Shown here: in pieces, positions 37,438-49,820 of the stretch
Layout of the letters: every line of letters starts with the position of its first letter
Position numbering within the stretch: the first letter of the stretch is position 1
Source of the DNA: Bilabrum cf. latius
Lineage: Eukaryota
Reading direction: 5' to 3'
NCBI GenBank assembly: GCA_965178125.1
Contig: OZ237746.1
Span: forward strand, 868,001-932,000
Length of the DNA stretch: 64,000 nt
The notes under the pieces: generated by a model
Databases searched by the model: none
What the model was told of the DNA's origin: nothing
Seen by the model: the letters and a program-made list of their open reading frames with translations, nothing else
Made by a program: the position numbers and the translations under genes

Positions 37438-38250
37438 TCAGGATTGAAGCGACGGGGAGCATAGGTGAGCTGGAAGAGAGCCGGGCGCTGGCCGACTGGA
37501 GGCGGAGAGGAACAAGAGGGGGGCACCGGCACTGGCGACGATAGTGTGGTGTGAATAGGGAGAACACAACGGGAAGAAGGGGGCTCCAGGTGCCAGGCAC
37601 CAGGGAGACCCGAGTGGCACCTGCTGCGTGGCCAGCAGCGCGCAGAGGGCCAACAGGCTGGTGGATAGACGGAGCGCACGGCAGGTCGGCCAGGACCTGC
37701 ACGTGCAAGCTGAGTGGATAGAAGGTGGCGATCAGGGAGCAGCGCACACGGTCCCTAGGGCGGGGAACAGAAACAAGTAGCCATGTAGCGACGAGGCCAG
37801 CCGACGTGCGTTGGGAAAGTGGCATCCAAAGGATGTACATTCGTGGTATCAGAGGAATACCGCATTCATGGGGGCTGGTGAAGAACAGTCGTTCGGGGTG
37901 GAACTCCAGTGGGTCCGCGGGACCGGGGGCAGGAATTCTTCACTTTTCTTTTTGGTGGATGCCAACCAGTGGGGATTGCAGCAGCCGTGAAGATGAGCCA
38001 ACGGGTGTGGTTGAAGGAACAAATCTGATCTGTAGTCAAGGTTCAATGGCAGTGTCGGCATCCAGGGCACGCAGGCTGTGATCAGGTCCCGATTTGTTAT
38101 AATACGAAGGCATAATTAATCGGGGACGGGGTGAGCTGGCCCGCACCAGCCTCACCCAAGGGCTGCCCGCCTTGGCAGCCCCACACCATATTGATGCCAC
38201 TCGGACGGGAGGGGCGCCCGTCCGTTGTCCTCTCGCCATTCTGACTCATA

Positions 38251-39042
38251 TCATGCCTTAGAGCTTCGTGTGTGCCTGCGTGAATCCATGGATGCTAAGG
38301 CCACGCCCACCACCCTGGTCAAGTGGTCCTTGCTCAGGTAGTACACGGCAGTCTCCAACGACTTCCAGTCGGCTTGCTTGCAGAGGTCCTCCACTGACAT
38401 ACCACCCACGGCGGCGAATGTTGCGCCCGTTCGCCTGCACGAGTGCATGGTGAAGAAATCCGTGATCTCTCTCGTGCCCGTGCAGTACGCCTCCATCATC
38501 CTCCTGATGGCTGTCGTCGATCTTGTTTGCCTGCTTTTTCTTTGGCGTCCGGATTCGCAGCGGTGCAGTCGGGCCCATTGGGATGAGCACTGCCTACGGT
38601 GTGTCCCTTGGAGCTGTTGTCTAGATGATGGGGCACGCTCCTTCCGGCTGCCCAGGTCGTGCAGCATCTTGTCCCTGCCCACCACCATCGCGTTGGCCGT
38701 GGTCCGGATGTGCCGGGGGATGGAGCTGCAGTACGTCCCTTAGGTGTGTCTCGACACGTGGATAAGATCGACTTGAGCATGGAGCCCTTGAGTTTGCCGC
38801 GCTCTATCCGCAGCACCGTATCCGGATTCCGGATAGGCAAGGATCCGGTCAAGATTCTTGGTCACCCCCGCAGTCGTGGTGCCGTTTTGGGGCGCGGTCT
38901 ATCGGATCAACAGTCTACCTACTAGACGACGCGAAGCAGCCCAAGGGAAGTGCCTCGGGAGCACAAACCATGACCCGAACGACTCGGAATCAGTCGGGCC
39001 TGATCCCAAGTCTTACCGACACCTGGCCAGGGGTCCTGCCAT
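38251..39042 (-). pseudogene. Degenerate tyrosine recombinase (DIRS/Ngaro/Crypton-type), frameshifted and 5'-truncated
   Basis: Catalytic HSCRRTGAT...WKSLETAVYY segment in ORF 38251-38688; upstream fragments (LGIRP, TVLRIERGK) lie in other frames. Confidence 0.7.
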
Positions 39043-39310
39043 TTAAGGTCTCAAGTGCCAAAATCGGTAACTGGTACTTAACTGGTAACCAGTTAAGGTC
39101 TGAAAATGCGTGAAAATTTTACCAGTTACCGTTCAAATTTCAAAAAAATCTTCTAGGCTCCTGCGAGCTCACATTCACGCACAAAACAACCCCAAGGTGG
39201 CTATACTGGGCGTTCATGGCCAGACCATGCCTCCCACGGGCTACAAGACGTGTAAAGGCGGCTCAGCCCAGCTGTGCTAGCCCGTCAACGACTCGACGCA
39301 GTATGGGGTA
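39043..39310. mobile_element. Probable end of a TTAA-target DNA transposon (Kolobok-like), interrupted by the virophage
   Basis: Composition changes abruptly at TTAA|GGTCT (39043), followed by nested palindromes at 39065-39131. The matching end is not in the window. Confidence 0.35.
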
Positions 39311-39320
39311 AGTAGTATAT

Positions 39321-39371
39321 AAAGTGATATTGTGTACCTCAATCAAAGATTGAGCTACACAATATCACTTT
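39321..39371. other. Subterminal hairpin of the virophage TIR
   Basis: AAAGTGATATTGTGTAcCTCAATC-aaa-GATTGAGcTACACAATATCACTTT: 24-bp stem, one mismatch, 3-nt loop, starting 10 nt from the terminus. Confidence 0.9.
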
Positions 39372-39987
39372 TCCCCCAGCTAATACTGGACATTTCTTCA
39401 ATATTTCTTTAGGTTTTGGTTTTCCGTGAATATATCTAAAATTTTCAAATCAATTTTTAAGAATTCCCAAGAATTCCCGATGCCCCCTACAAATACTGGA
39501 CTTCTCCGTTCAATTTTTCATAGAATGTCATTTTCATGAATATATCTAACTTTTTCACACTTTCTCCCAGCATATGAGTTTTGAGGTAGCAGGTTCACGC
39601 TTTTAAAGGGTTTTACTGGACGATTTCCCACGAACCCGAAAAAGGGGTAGGGCTGAACGGCTCAAATCCACTCCAAAAATTCCTCAAAATCCATGGTCAT
39701 CGGCGTTGTATCGCAAAACCCTTAGTTGGATAAACAGGGGGTTTTCCAAACTTTTCCAACGATTTCCCCTACTTTTCCCAGATAAGGGCAAATCCGCTGG
39801 AAATCCTTAGTAGGGCTTACAAGGCCTTCCTGATATTTTCCAATCAATTTTTAAGGATTAACAAGGGTGTGTATTCGTTTTCTCGGTGGATTGGAAAAGT
39901 CCCCAAGATGCTCGGGCTTTGCCCTCCGCTCTTTTGATATCTTTTTCAAAGATTAAAATTGAGAGATTTGGTCGGTCGAATAAAGGA

Positions 39988-42900
39988 ATGATAAATATAT
40001 GTGATTCAAACTACACGCTACCCAGGCTAAGAAGTCACCCGAAGGCTACTTCGACCGGGAGGAAACATCTCACTGACCAGCTCAAGCCATGGGGGCTGCC
40101 AGCTGTGCTGCTTCTCCGTGGAGGTTCTGCACATCTGGAGCTCCCACCACAAGTGCTGGGGGATGTATAAGACCGGCATGGTCAGGGTCAAGGCCATCTA
40201 CCTCGTCCCCAGCGCCTCCAACCCCTTCAGCTGGTAGCACTCCTGCCGGGTTCGCAGCCTGCACTACCTACGCTTGTGCTGCCGCTTGCGCCGCCTCGGG
40301 GGCCACAGCTCCTGCTGGACCCGCTCCCTGCACCACTCTCGCTTCCCGTAGCCCTGACATGTTCCGCAACTTAAGGTTGAATTGAATCGTGCGGCATGCG
40401 CTCAGCATGGAAACTCCTTTGGCGATCACTCGCGCCCAGATCCTGACCTGGGCCTCCACCGACCTGCTGCGGGCCACCCCCAGCCTCTTGCGTCGGATTC
40501 GGGCCAACAGGCGTAGCAGTCCGCGTGCCCCGTTGCCCAAGCGTCCTGTCGCCAGGACAACAAAGTCCTGGAAAACGACCTGGTTCCTGTTCTTGATGGA
40601 CTTGACCCTCTCCGTGGCCGTTCCGGGTGCCATTCGCCCTCCCATCAGCCGATGGGGAGGGATGGGCTCATTGATCTCTCGCCACTTCCTCCCGGCTGCT
40701 CGTGCTCCCGCTGCTTCGTCCTGATGATCCGACCCCACTGGTTTACTGGGAAAGTGCCTGTCCCCATTATCCGTCCGCCTATTGATCTGAGACAGTCCGC
40801 ACTTGGCATGCGGGTCCGCAGTTGTCACGTCAACATAGATTGGCTTCGCACCCTCTCTCGGGATGATGATGTCCATCGAGTAGTTCCCTTCCTCATTGTA
40901 CACCCCTCTGATCTCCTTCAGTGCCTCTCGTCCGGTCGCCTCCTGTGCGATTTTCAGAAGTCTCCGCTCCACATGATAGTGCAACCCTGTCATCCTCCTC
41001 TTGTCGTCCTCCCTGATCAGCCGATCTCCGCAGTAGCTCAAGTGAGCACACTGGTGCAGGTAGCCTTCTGCTCGGGCGCACCCGGGCATCGGGCACCTCT
41101 CTGCCATCTCCGCCTCAAAGTCACATGTCCCGTTCTCCTTTTTCAGGCGCTACTGCACCTCCAGTGTAGGCCTACTGGATGGGTTGGGGACTCCCATGCG
41201 TCTACACATCTCAAACCTGAACCCATCGTTAGGGGGCACGTGTCCCTCCTGCACCGCCGATTTCGCTGTGTACGTCGTCCGTAAAATCTCGGCTGCATCT
41301 GCCGATCGGGTGTTGTGGATGATCGTCCTTATCTCCTGCATCACTTCCCGGGCCCTGTCCGCCCACTCTTGGTCATCTCCCATGAGGCGTTCCAAAAATC
41401 CACTGATCCGCCGATACGGGTGCACTGCGAATATCTGCGAATCCGCTCTGGCTGCTGCCGCTCCAAACAGACTCTGATGGTTCCCGCCGAACTTCGGGGG
41501 CTTCTCCCCTGCCTGACGTGCTCGCATCCCCGTGAAGGACTTGAGCCCCTTCGCCTCCTGCACCCAGGGTGCGGGGTTGTGAGCTGACCTCTTCCGAACC
41601 GACATCGGGTCCATTGGTTGAACGTTGATGAACACTCCCTCTGCCTTCTTGACCTTCACCACCTCAATGCGGTTGGGTGTCTCAAGCTCGTTATCCTTGC
41701 ACTTCACCCTCGCCTCCAATGCTGCTCTGACACTCGGTATCGCCCTCATAGCCTGGAACCGTACCGGATCCCAAACCTTCTTCATGAACTGCGGTAGGCT
41801 CGCGTGCGGGACAGGCTGGTGCTTGCACACGTACTTGTCCAGCGTGAGCGGATCCTCCTTCTCCGCCGTGATCAACCCCCGCAATTGGTCCGTTACCCAG
41901 CGGACCGCCCAGTCAGCCAGCACCAACGGGGACTCACTCTGCACTCCAAACGCGTCTGTTCTCCCATTTACGGGTCCTGGCACTGTGTCTACCACTGCGC
42001 TCAGCCCGTCCATGAAATCCAGGTTGTACTCCTTCGCCAGCCCAACCAAACCTGGCACCACGTCAAGGGCCATGCCAGCAAACCGTGCCACCATCGGGAG
42101 CTTGTTGGGGATAAGCGCCAACCCTGCTCCTCCCTGAGCTAGAGGTGCCTTGCGCTAATGTCTCGTGATCTCCGCGCGCAACATGTCTCCGTTCATCCCG
42201 TAGATCCGGGAGTCGAAGCGAGTGACGGTGTCCGCGAACACCACCTCGAGTCGTTCCAGCCTCTTCATCTTGCCTCCCTCCTGCATCCCTAGCAAACTGC
42301 CTGATCTCCACAGGTGTTCCCACATGGGCTGTATGCATGACCTGTAGATGGCGACCGCCACCGAGGGCTGCAGCTGAATCACCCTCGCGATAAGATCCGC
42401 CGTGTTCTCGATCCTTTTCTCCACAAAGGCCTCGGTGAAGCCTCTGGTGCGAGCCACAGGGATGCCAGCCACCACCATACCCTCTGTCTGCACCTTGCCG
42501 TCGAGTCTCCCTCCTGCTGCATCAATCTGCAGAGCCAACGTCGTCGCGGGGTCTGGTGAGTAGTACTCCGTCTTGGTGGGCTGCAGCTGAAAGTTGTCTT
42601 TCGCCACCTCCTTCGCGAGTGTTGCCATACACGCCGCCACTACTTCCTTCGTCCCCAGCAAGAAGGCGTCGTCTGCGATGCACAGTATCGTGCACAGCGG
42701 GTGCGCTGCCCTTGTTGCCTTCAGTGCCCTATTGAACCCCAGGCAGAACAGGGCGGGACTAAGGGGCGAGCCCTGCACCACACCCTGCCTGTTCTTCAAA
42801 ATCCCAATCTTGCCGTCCGAACCCACGATTCCAGCGATGCCAGCTGACCTGAACATCGCCGCTACGAGTGGCAGTGCCTCGGACTTGTTCTGCCGCAGAG

Positions 42901-43683
42901 CCGCCATGATCGTCTGCCTCTCAATCGACCCGAATGCCACCTTCATGTCTGCATGTGCCGCCACATGCTGCGGGTGAGCGCTAAGGTACACTCTAACATA
43001 AAACGCAATAGCATCAGCCCCGCATGGTAACCCTCCCCCAAACTGCTCCGGTTTGCACGTCTCCTCCACTGCCGGTACCACCCCCTTCAGTACATACTTC
43101 AGGAGCGGCAGTAGCATGTTCGAACCCATCCCTAGGGCACGAGGTTCCACTTTTCCCGGCTTCTCGATGCCAATCCCCCTACCCAGGATAAGGAAATCCC
43201 GAGCCAGCGGAGGTACCCAACCGGATCCAACGGTCCTGTACAGTGCCATCATCTGGTCCGGTGCCTTCTCCGTGAACTTCGCCACTGCTTCCCTTGAGAT
43301 CCCCAGAAGGTCCACCCCCCTGTTCTGTTTGAATTGCTGGGTGCTGGGGATCGATTTACCCTTGCTGTCCACCTGCATCATCCCTTGGATGTCCAGGGGC
43401 GAGTCCAGATCCCGCACCTCGTCATCTTGCACTGGGCCCATCTTGCCCGAGTGCTCATCAACCAGCTGACTCTGCAGCTCCGCCTGGAGGATCGCCATGG
43501 GCTTCGCCGCAACTCCATGTCCCCCCAGCTTGGATAAGGCAGACTTGTGCTTCCCTTTCCTGGCCATCTGCTCGGCACATCGAACATCCTCCTCCGAGCT
43601 GTCCGGTAGAATCACCCCTGGGTGAATTGCCTGGATGCGCTCGATTGCCCTGTCCTCATACACCCACGTGGCATCTCTGCCTT
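39988..43683 (-). mobile_element. 5'-truncated RLE-type non-LTR retrotransposon (CRE-like) inserted in the left TIR
   Basis: TSD GAATAAAGGA at 39978-39987 and 43684-43693. It is a GC-rich block, and removing it restores a TIR subrepeat. Confidence 0.9.
40082..43683 (-). CDS. Reverse transcriptase, Zn knuckle and restriction-like endonuclease polyprotein (5'-truncated)
   Basis: Motifs QFGGG, ADMKVAFGSIER, GVVQGSPLSPALF, IADD, APLAQGGAGL, CPMPGC..H...C and MDIII...YVDVT. Four ORFs are joined by TAG at 42155, 41150 and 40268; ends at TGA. Confidence 0.85.
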
Positions 43684-44309
43684 GAATAAAGGAGACTATG
43701 AAAGAATAAATAAATTTTCCTATTAAAAATATATGTTGTAATTCCTATGATGATACCATAAAAATTAAAAGGAAAATAAAAATTAATTAGTAATTGTATT
43801 TTAAGTCCCTTTGGAAAAGTCCCCCAAAAATTGAGAGATTTGACAGGTCAATTATAAGAGACTATGAAAGAATAAATAAAATTTTCCAATTAAAATATAT
43901 GTTGTAACTCCTATGATAACACCATAAAAATTAAAAGGAAAATAAAAAAACAAATTATAATTGTTTTCTAACTCCCCAATTAAAAACACAAAAATTGATT
44001 GAAAATTTTGGACAATATAGGATACAAAGAAATATTAAAATTAAGTTCCCAATTAAAATTAAATGTTGTAATTCCAATGATGATACCATAAAAATTAAAA
44101 AAGGAAATGAAAAATCAATTAGTAATTGTATTTTAAGTTCCTTTGGAAAAGTCCCCCAAAAATTGAGAGATTTGACAGGTCAATTATAAGAGACTTAGAA
44201 AGAATAAATAAAATTTTCCAATTAAAATTTAATGTTGTAATTCCCATGATGACACCATAAAAATCAATCTATTAGTTGATTGGTCGGTATCCAACTGTTA
44301 TGCGAAGCA

Positions 44310-47300
44310 TCATACCCCACCCATTTCACAAAACGAATTTATTCTGTAGTGTCCGTGCGCAAGAGTAGAATATCCATCATCCAATACATACCTTTTATCA
44401 TCGTGTGCGGACAAACCGGTTTTCGTGCTACAAATGGTATGAATACTATGGTCAAATGAGCGAATACTTGTTTGTTTTACTGAATGTTTTTCACCAAACA
44501 AGGCGTCCCTGTATTGGTCAAACCTCAAATCTCGGATATGCTATTTCTAAATTCCTTTCGCTGTTGCTTTTGCTTTTCCACCCATATTTAAGCAATACAT
44601 TTTACTGCGTAGTCCAATGAATTCTTCAATCTAATTATCACCCGTTTCGTCCTTGAAAGCTCCAACAACCTTTTTAAGTGTTAAATCCTTCATTTGAGTA
44701 CCGCTCAAAGAATATAACCTTGAATACGCACTAAAATCAAATAATCCCTCTTTTCCCGTAACGCCCTTGATATCCCCTTTCATTGCCTTCATATCCTAGT
44801 AAAAATCCTTAGTCGTGATGTGATAACATAGACTATCTGTGTCGGTAAATAACAATTTAGACTTTCCCCCATATTCCTTTTTCATCACGTTGTAGTGGAA
44901 ATCATACATAAGCGTCTTGGAAATGTCAAGAATACACATACCAATAATAATAGGTTTATTGAAGAGTATCATAGTCTTTCCCATTTCTATCTGACATAAT
45001 TTTTCACTAATAATAGTGGCATTCTTGAAGTTGGGTTTTCTCACTGCTTTTATCAATTGTGTTTCACTGGTAATCATACGGAAATTCCTATAGTTCTAAA
45101 CATCTTCCATAGTTTTCCCAAACACGGAATTATTCATCAGCTTGTAATAATCCTTTTCAAAATCACTTTTAGCGTGTAGACGCTTGTTGCTATTGAATTC
45201 AATATATTTCCTCAGGAAATCTTCCTATTGAAACTCTAATACACGGTGGATTTTAGTAATTTTAATTCCCAAAGACGCATACAACTATAGGTTTTTGATA
45301 TGACAAATATATTTCTTTCCCCCATACAAGTTAGGTGTAAGCTTTTTGAAATCGCTATGTTTCAAATTGTTCTTTTCCATCATTTTCCCAATGTAAGGGG
45401 AAGGTTTGAAACTCGCTTTTTCCGGACACAGGGGGTATTCATTATGAGCGTCGTGTATTTCCTATGGATAATCATAGTCAAACTCTACAATACAACCCTT
45501 TTCCCCTTCAACGTCATATTTTAATAATTCGTCCAAAGACTTTTCCACCCACTCAAATTTTCCAATTGGTAGTTTCTACATCATAGCCCAGCCATATAGA
45601 TTGTTCGCATCCAAATAGGAAATGTATGAAGTTTCCTAAGATTTATCATAACCGGAAATATAAGGGTTATTGGCTTTCGCATACCGATGGGTAATCATAG
45701 AAATCCCCCCTCGCATTCCCTACTAAACCATAGTCAACATATCTCGCTATTCTTTATTAAATAATTCAATCTCAACTCCAGTATATTTTAGCATACAATT
45801 CCACGATAAACCAGGTGATGTAGAAAATCGCAAGGCTTCCACCCCAAAATCCCGCCACACGTTCTCTCGGTGTTTCTCAAAGATGTCCGCCAACAATAAC
45901 ACATCTACTTTTAAGTAGAGTTTAACATAGTCGTCGAAGGTTTTACAATTGAATGTTTTCCACATGTCTTGAGCGTAATCATAGTTTTCCTATGTAATCC
46001 CAGAGTTGGATAATCCACTGTAAAAATCATCTTTAGAAGGCAACTTAGAAGTCCTTAGTTTTGTAATATTATCATACCATTCATAAGGAAAAACTCCTTT
46101 CTTCTTCACCATAAAGGACTTATCACCATACATCTTATTAATGATTTTGAAATCATTTGTATGAAGTGATTTACCCAACCTATCTAAAGAAGAAGACAAG
46201 TGCTAATATGTATCAATAAAACGCAAATTCTTAAAGGTTAGAGTAGTAAACTTCTCACTATTCTTAGCAATGACAGAAAGTGTATCGCTTGCTTTGGAAA
46301 GGTTGGAAATTGCTTTCGTAATAAACTGTCCATCATAGGCGGAAAAATTATGAAAGCAAACCACATATTCATTTTCCTTATCCTTTGTCAAGAATTCAAT
46401 AAATTGTTCCACGCAATCTTTTTCCTCAAATACCTTATATGATTTACGAAATGTATCATACATTCCAAGGTGGGTAGCAACGTGGACATTCTCAACACTT
46501 GTTTTATCACCTCTACGGGTTTTCTTGGGAACTAAACAGGCTTCAATATCCGCATACACTACGTAGGAATGTTTGGTTTCAATCTACTATCTTCTTTTTT
46601 TACCAATAGAACAATAACTGATTATACTATCCTCGTTTTCTGGAAGAACTTTTTTCGCATACGGAGCAACAGAATATTCATTACACCTATTTTTTTTGGA
46701 ATGTTCCAAAAATGATTTCTTCAATCTAAAACTCTATAGGCACTTCTAACACAAGTAGATGGTCTATTTATTCTTATAGAAGGCATTAATATTCTTAATT
46801 AAAGCAAAATGTTGTTTTCCATCTTCTTCCAACAATAGAAGGGAAATGATGTGCTTAACTTTTCCTCTGTTACAAGGTGGGGAAGCCCGATGAAGACACT
46901 TCTCTCCATCCACAAAGGTGTAAATATCCAAGGCAAAGTCGTTCAGCTTTTCCAGTGTTTGGTAATTCTCTTCTGTATCTTGGAATGGAAATTTGATATT
47001 TCCATAGAGAATAGGAAAAATTCCTGAGTTGTATTCACTATTTTCTAAGGTATAGCTCGTTGGTCTATCTCTGTTTTTCTTCGGAAGATTAAAGTATCCA
47101 CGCAAAGCGTATTTCATACAAAGCTCATCTTTATTTTTCACGTTAATAATACATTTTTTTACCGCTAATTCTTTGGGTGTTGGGATATAACTACCAACAG
47201 ACATAGGGTTATATCTAAATGGTTTTAAATAAGACCGTTTTACTTCAATAACGCGCCAACCTGAGCCCTCCGTGGTAAAGATTTCCAAAGCCTTCTAAAG

Positions 47301-48017
47301 CGTAGTAAATAATTCATTTAGTGATAGATTAATGTTGTTTTGAGTAGCAATTACATTTGTAGAGTGTAATCTAAATTCCTATCGTTTCTTGTCTGTAATC
47401 CTTTCCATAAGAGCAATCACGTCCAATTTTACTTTCCAAGACTTGGATTTCTCAGTGAGTTCCTCCAAAGTTTTCTTAAGGTCTGGTTTGATGACAAACA
47501 AATAACCTACAAGGTCTGGTAGTGGTTCTGTCGTATCAATCACGTATTCATTTGTTTCTTTACCAAATTTCGTAGCTTTCCTCATATCCACCTCAATATC
47601 TTCCTTGATATTGCTTGTATCAACGTTGGAAAGCGTATCTGTTTGTTCCAGTTCATAATAAGTCTTTTCCAAGATTTCTGTTTTGCTTCTAAGTGATGGG
47701 ATTTCATTTCCAAGCGCTCTGTATCGTTTCAAAGCCGCCACTAAATCTTTTCTGGGAAGTCTCTTCTACAGAGTATTAATCTGCTCATACCACTCATTTA
47801 CGTTCTTCTTGGATTTCAAAGACACTGGGATAAAATATCCTTCCTATTTCATCTTAGAAAGTGCTAATTGTTTTTCCTTGAAGGTGGGCTCTGGGCTTTC
47901 CGCCGTTTCCTCCTTTTCCTCAACGAGTTCGTTTTCCAATTCTTTCTCGATAAGTTGTTGTTCAATCTTTTCCTGAAGGCTTTTCAACTATTCTGGCGTC
48001 AATTTTGAGATGTCCAT
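44310..48017 (-). CDS. polB: Protein-primed family B DNA polymerase (pPolB), 1,235 aa
   Basis: Motifs YADIE, FHNFSAYD, KKKGVFPYEW, DANNLYGWAM, KLMNNSVFGKT, FTDTDSL and DDKRY. Seven track ORFs lie in one frame interrupted only by TAG; ends at TGA. Confidence 0.95.
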
Positions 48018-48076
48018 TTTGATGTTATACTATAGTGTGAGATAATACTTAAGCCACGGATGACGTGAGCCAGCCA

Positions 48077-48084
48077 TCAATTTT
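48077..48084 (-). promoter_or_regulatory. AAAATTGA mimivirus-type early promoter motif upstream of pPolB
   Basis: Exact octamer on the sense strand about 60 nt before the ATG; the same motif occurs at 51308-51315 (GIY-YIG) and 61842-61849. Confidence 0.6.
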
Positions 48085-48133
48085 TCATATCAAAAGGGGT
48101 TTAAAACAAACATTAATTATATAATAATAAACG

Positions 48134-48328
48134 ATGAAAACTCCATAGTTTATAAGTAAGTATATGAAAGAAATTGTGTTGGAAGATTTAGTTTCTAAGA
48201 TAAATCCTAAGATATGGAAAAAATTAAGTGATAAACTTAAAATGTTCAAACATTTCAACAAGCAAACATAGATGAAAGCACAAAAGACTTACAAAAAGGG
48301 TCTCAAATATACACCTTATAAGTGGTGA
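48134..48328 (+). CDS. Small Lys-rich hypothetical viral protein (64 aa)
   Basis: ATG to TGA with two internal TAGs; fills an intergenic gap. Confidence 0.45.
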
Positions 48329-48362
48329 CCCTTTTTTAAAGATTTTACTTTCCAAATACGAT

Positions 48363-49430
48363 TTAGTCATACGCAAACATTTTCCAAGCCTGTTTTAGGG
48401 CATTCTTCTTGGATATTCCTTTTCCTCTTAAAATGGACGCCATTTTCATAACTCTTGAACGTTTGGTTTCACACTGACATTGACCTCCAAATAATTCCAG
48501 ATACATCCCCGATACTGGGTCATTCGTATGCGAATGGATTTCTTTCATAATTGGTTTTCCAACTGTTTTAGTTGCTAAATCCCAACCTTCTTTAAAATCT
48601 TGTCCAAAATCCCTTTCTGTGTTCTACTTATGTTTTTCCTAATTTTTCATTAAGGCGTTTCTGACATCTTCCGGTAAATCATCTAAACCTCTCCCAAACC
48701 ATTTGGAAAAATAACCAGCCACATCAGTAGCAGCATTAGCCACTCTCTTAGTAAATCCCGATACGTTCTTAGCAATACTTTCCACATCCTACATAATGAA
48801 GTCATTTACTTTAGGAGTTAAGAAGCCGTTCGCTCTAAGTACATCTTGAATGAATTTTTGACAATTCAACGAGAAGGCACGATACTAATAAAAATTGTAT
48901 TCTCCTATTTTCTTTAAAGTGGTCTCATATAATTCCCTAACTGTTTTCTAAGGTTTTCCATTAATATTTACTTCCATAGTTTGAGTTTTTTTATTCATGG
49001 AAAATCTTGGGGACAAATTCACCCTCTCATTTTTTTCTAAATATATTTTCCTACCACCTCCAAGGTTCAACTCTAAGGCTAAATGAAAAAAATCATTGTA
49101 TCCGTGTTTATTCTTTAACTTTTTCATTTTTCCCAAGGTTATCCAGTTGAGCAATCTATTTATCGCACCACTAATAGGGGTTCTAATTACTTTCATAGCT
49201 ATAATTGTTCTATCCCCGTATTGCTGTAGTGTTCTCTAGACTTCGTTTGAATTCCCATACACAACCCCACCCTTAAGCTGTTGCGCCAGCTAACTGCGCC
49301 GAGAGGGGGTGCTTCGCAAACCATCTTTTAATTTATCTTGTTTCCTCATATATTCCTCAACCTTTTTAATAATATCTTCGTGAGTGGTTTTCTTTTTCTT
49401 TTTCCCAACCAACTAAGAGAAACTCTACAT
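48363..49430 (-). CDS. Conserved virophage protein with FFHL...LEKN...NCQ motifs (permuted papain-like; possibly Sputnik V21-like)
   Basis: 355-aa frame open except for TAG; the His...Asn-Cys arrangement suggests a permuted NlpC/P60-like fold; ends at TAA. Confidence 0.6.
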
Positions 49431-49523
49431 TTAATATAGAATAAGCTTTTAAAAGCTTGACCAAAATAACTATTTGTCCGTTTGGGGTATGACCCCATAA
49501 ATATAGAAGTCTATTTTATACAA

Positions 49524-49817
49524 ATGACAAAAAGGAAGCACACCTATGAATTTGTAAATGAATTAGAAGGGTTTATATTCAAAGCACCGAGTAGAAGGAA
49601 AGGGAAAAAATATGATGTTTTCGATGGGAATACTGGGAAATACATTGCGTCATTTGGAAGTAAAAACCATCATCAATTTTTTGACAGAATAGGATATTAT
49701 TCTAACAAAGACCACAAAGATATAAATCGTTTATCTTCTTATTACAAACGACACGGATTAGAGTTTTCCCCAAGAAGTCCTAAGTTCTTTTCACACTTCT
49801 ACCTTTGGGCTTTGTGA
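49524..49817 (+). CDS. Tlr6F-like protein
   Basis: SRRKGKKYDV...SFG...DHKD..R..SYYKRH...SPKFFSHFYLW pattern, typical of Tlr6F proteins in PLVs and virophages. Confidence 0.75.
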   Translation: MTKRKHTYEFVNELEGFIFKAPSRRKGKKYDVFDGNTGKYIASFGSKNHHQFFDRIGYYSNKDHKDINRLSSYYKRHGLEFSPRSPKFFSHFYLWAL

Positions 49818-49820
49818 TAC

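Larger units (their letters stand above)
39311..44334. repeat. Left terminal inverted repeat (~1,318 bp after removing the retrotransposon), with internal ~165-bp subrepeats
   Basis: The inner 140 bp is the reverse complement of 63569-63708. Subrepeats GAGACTATGAAAGAATAAAT...ACCATAAAAAT occur at about 43692, 43858 and 44190. Confidence 0.85.

Noticed and set aside
34965-39042. RT plus tyrosine recombinase as one DIRS/Ngaro element
   Set aside because: The RT is LINE-type with its own tandem-repeat tail, no RNase H or split repeats were seen, and the recombinase is on the opposite strand and decayed.
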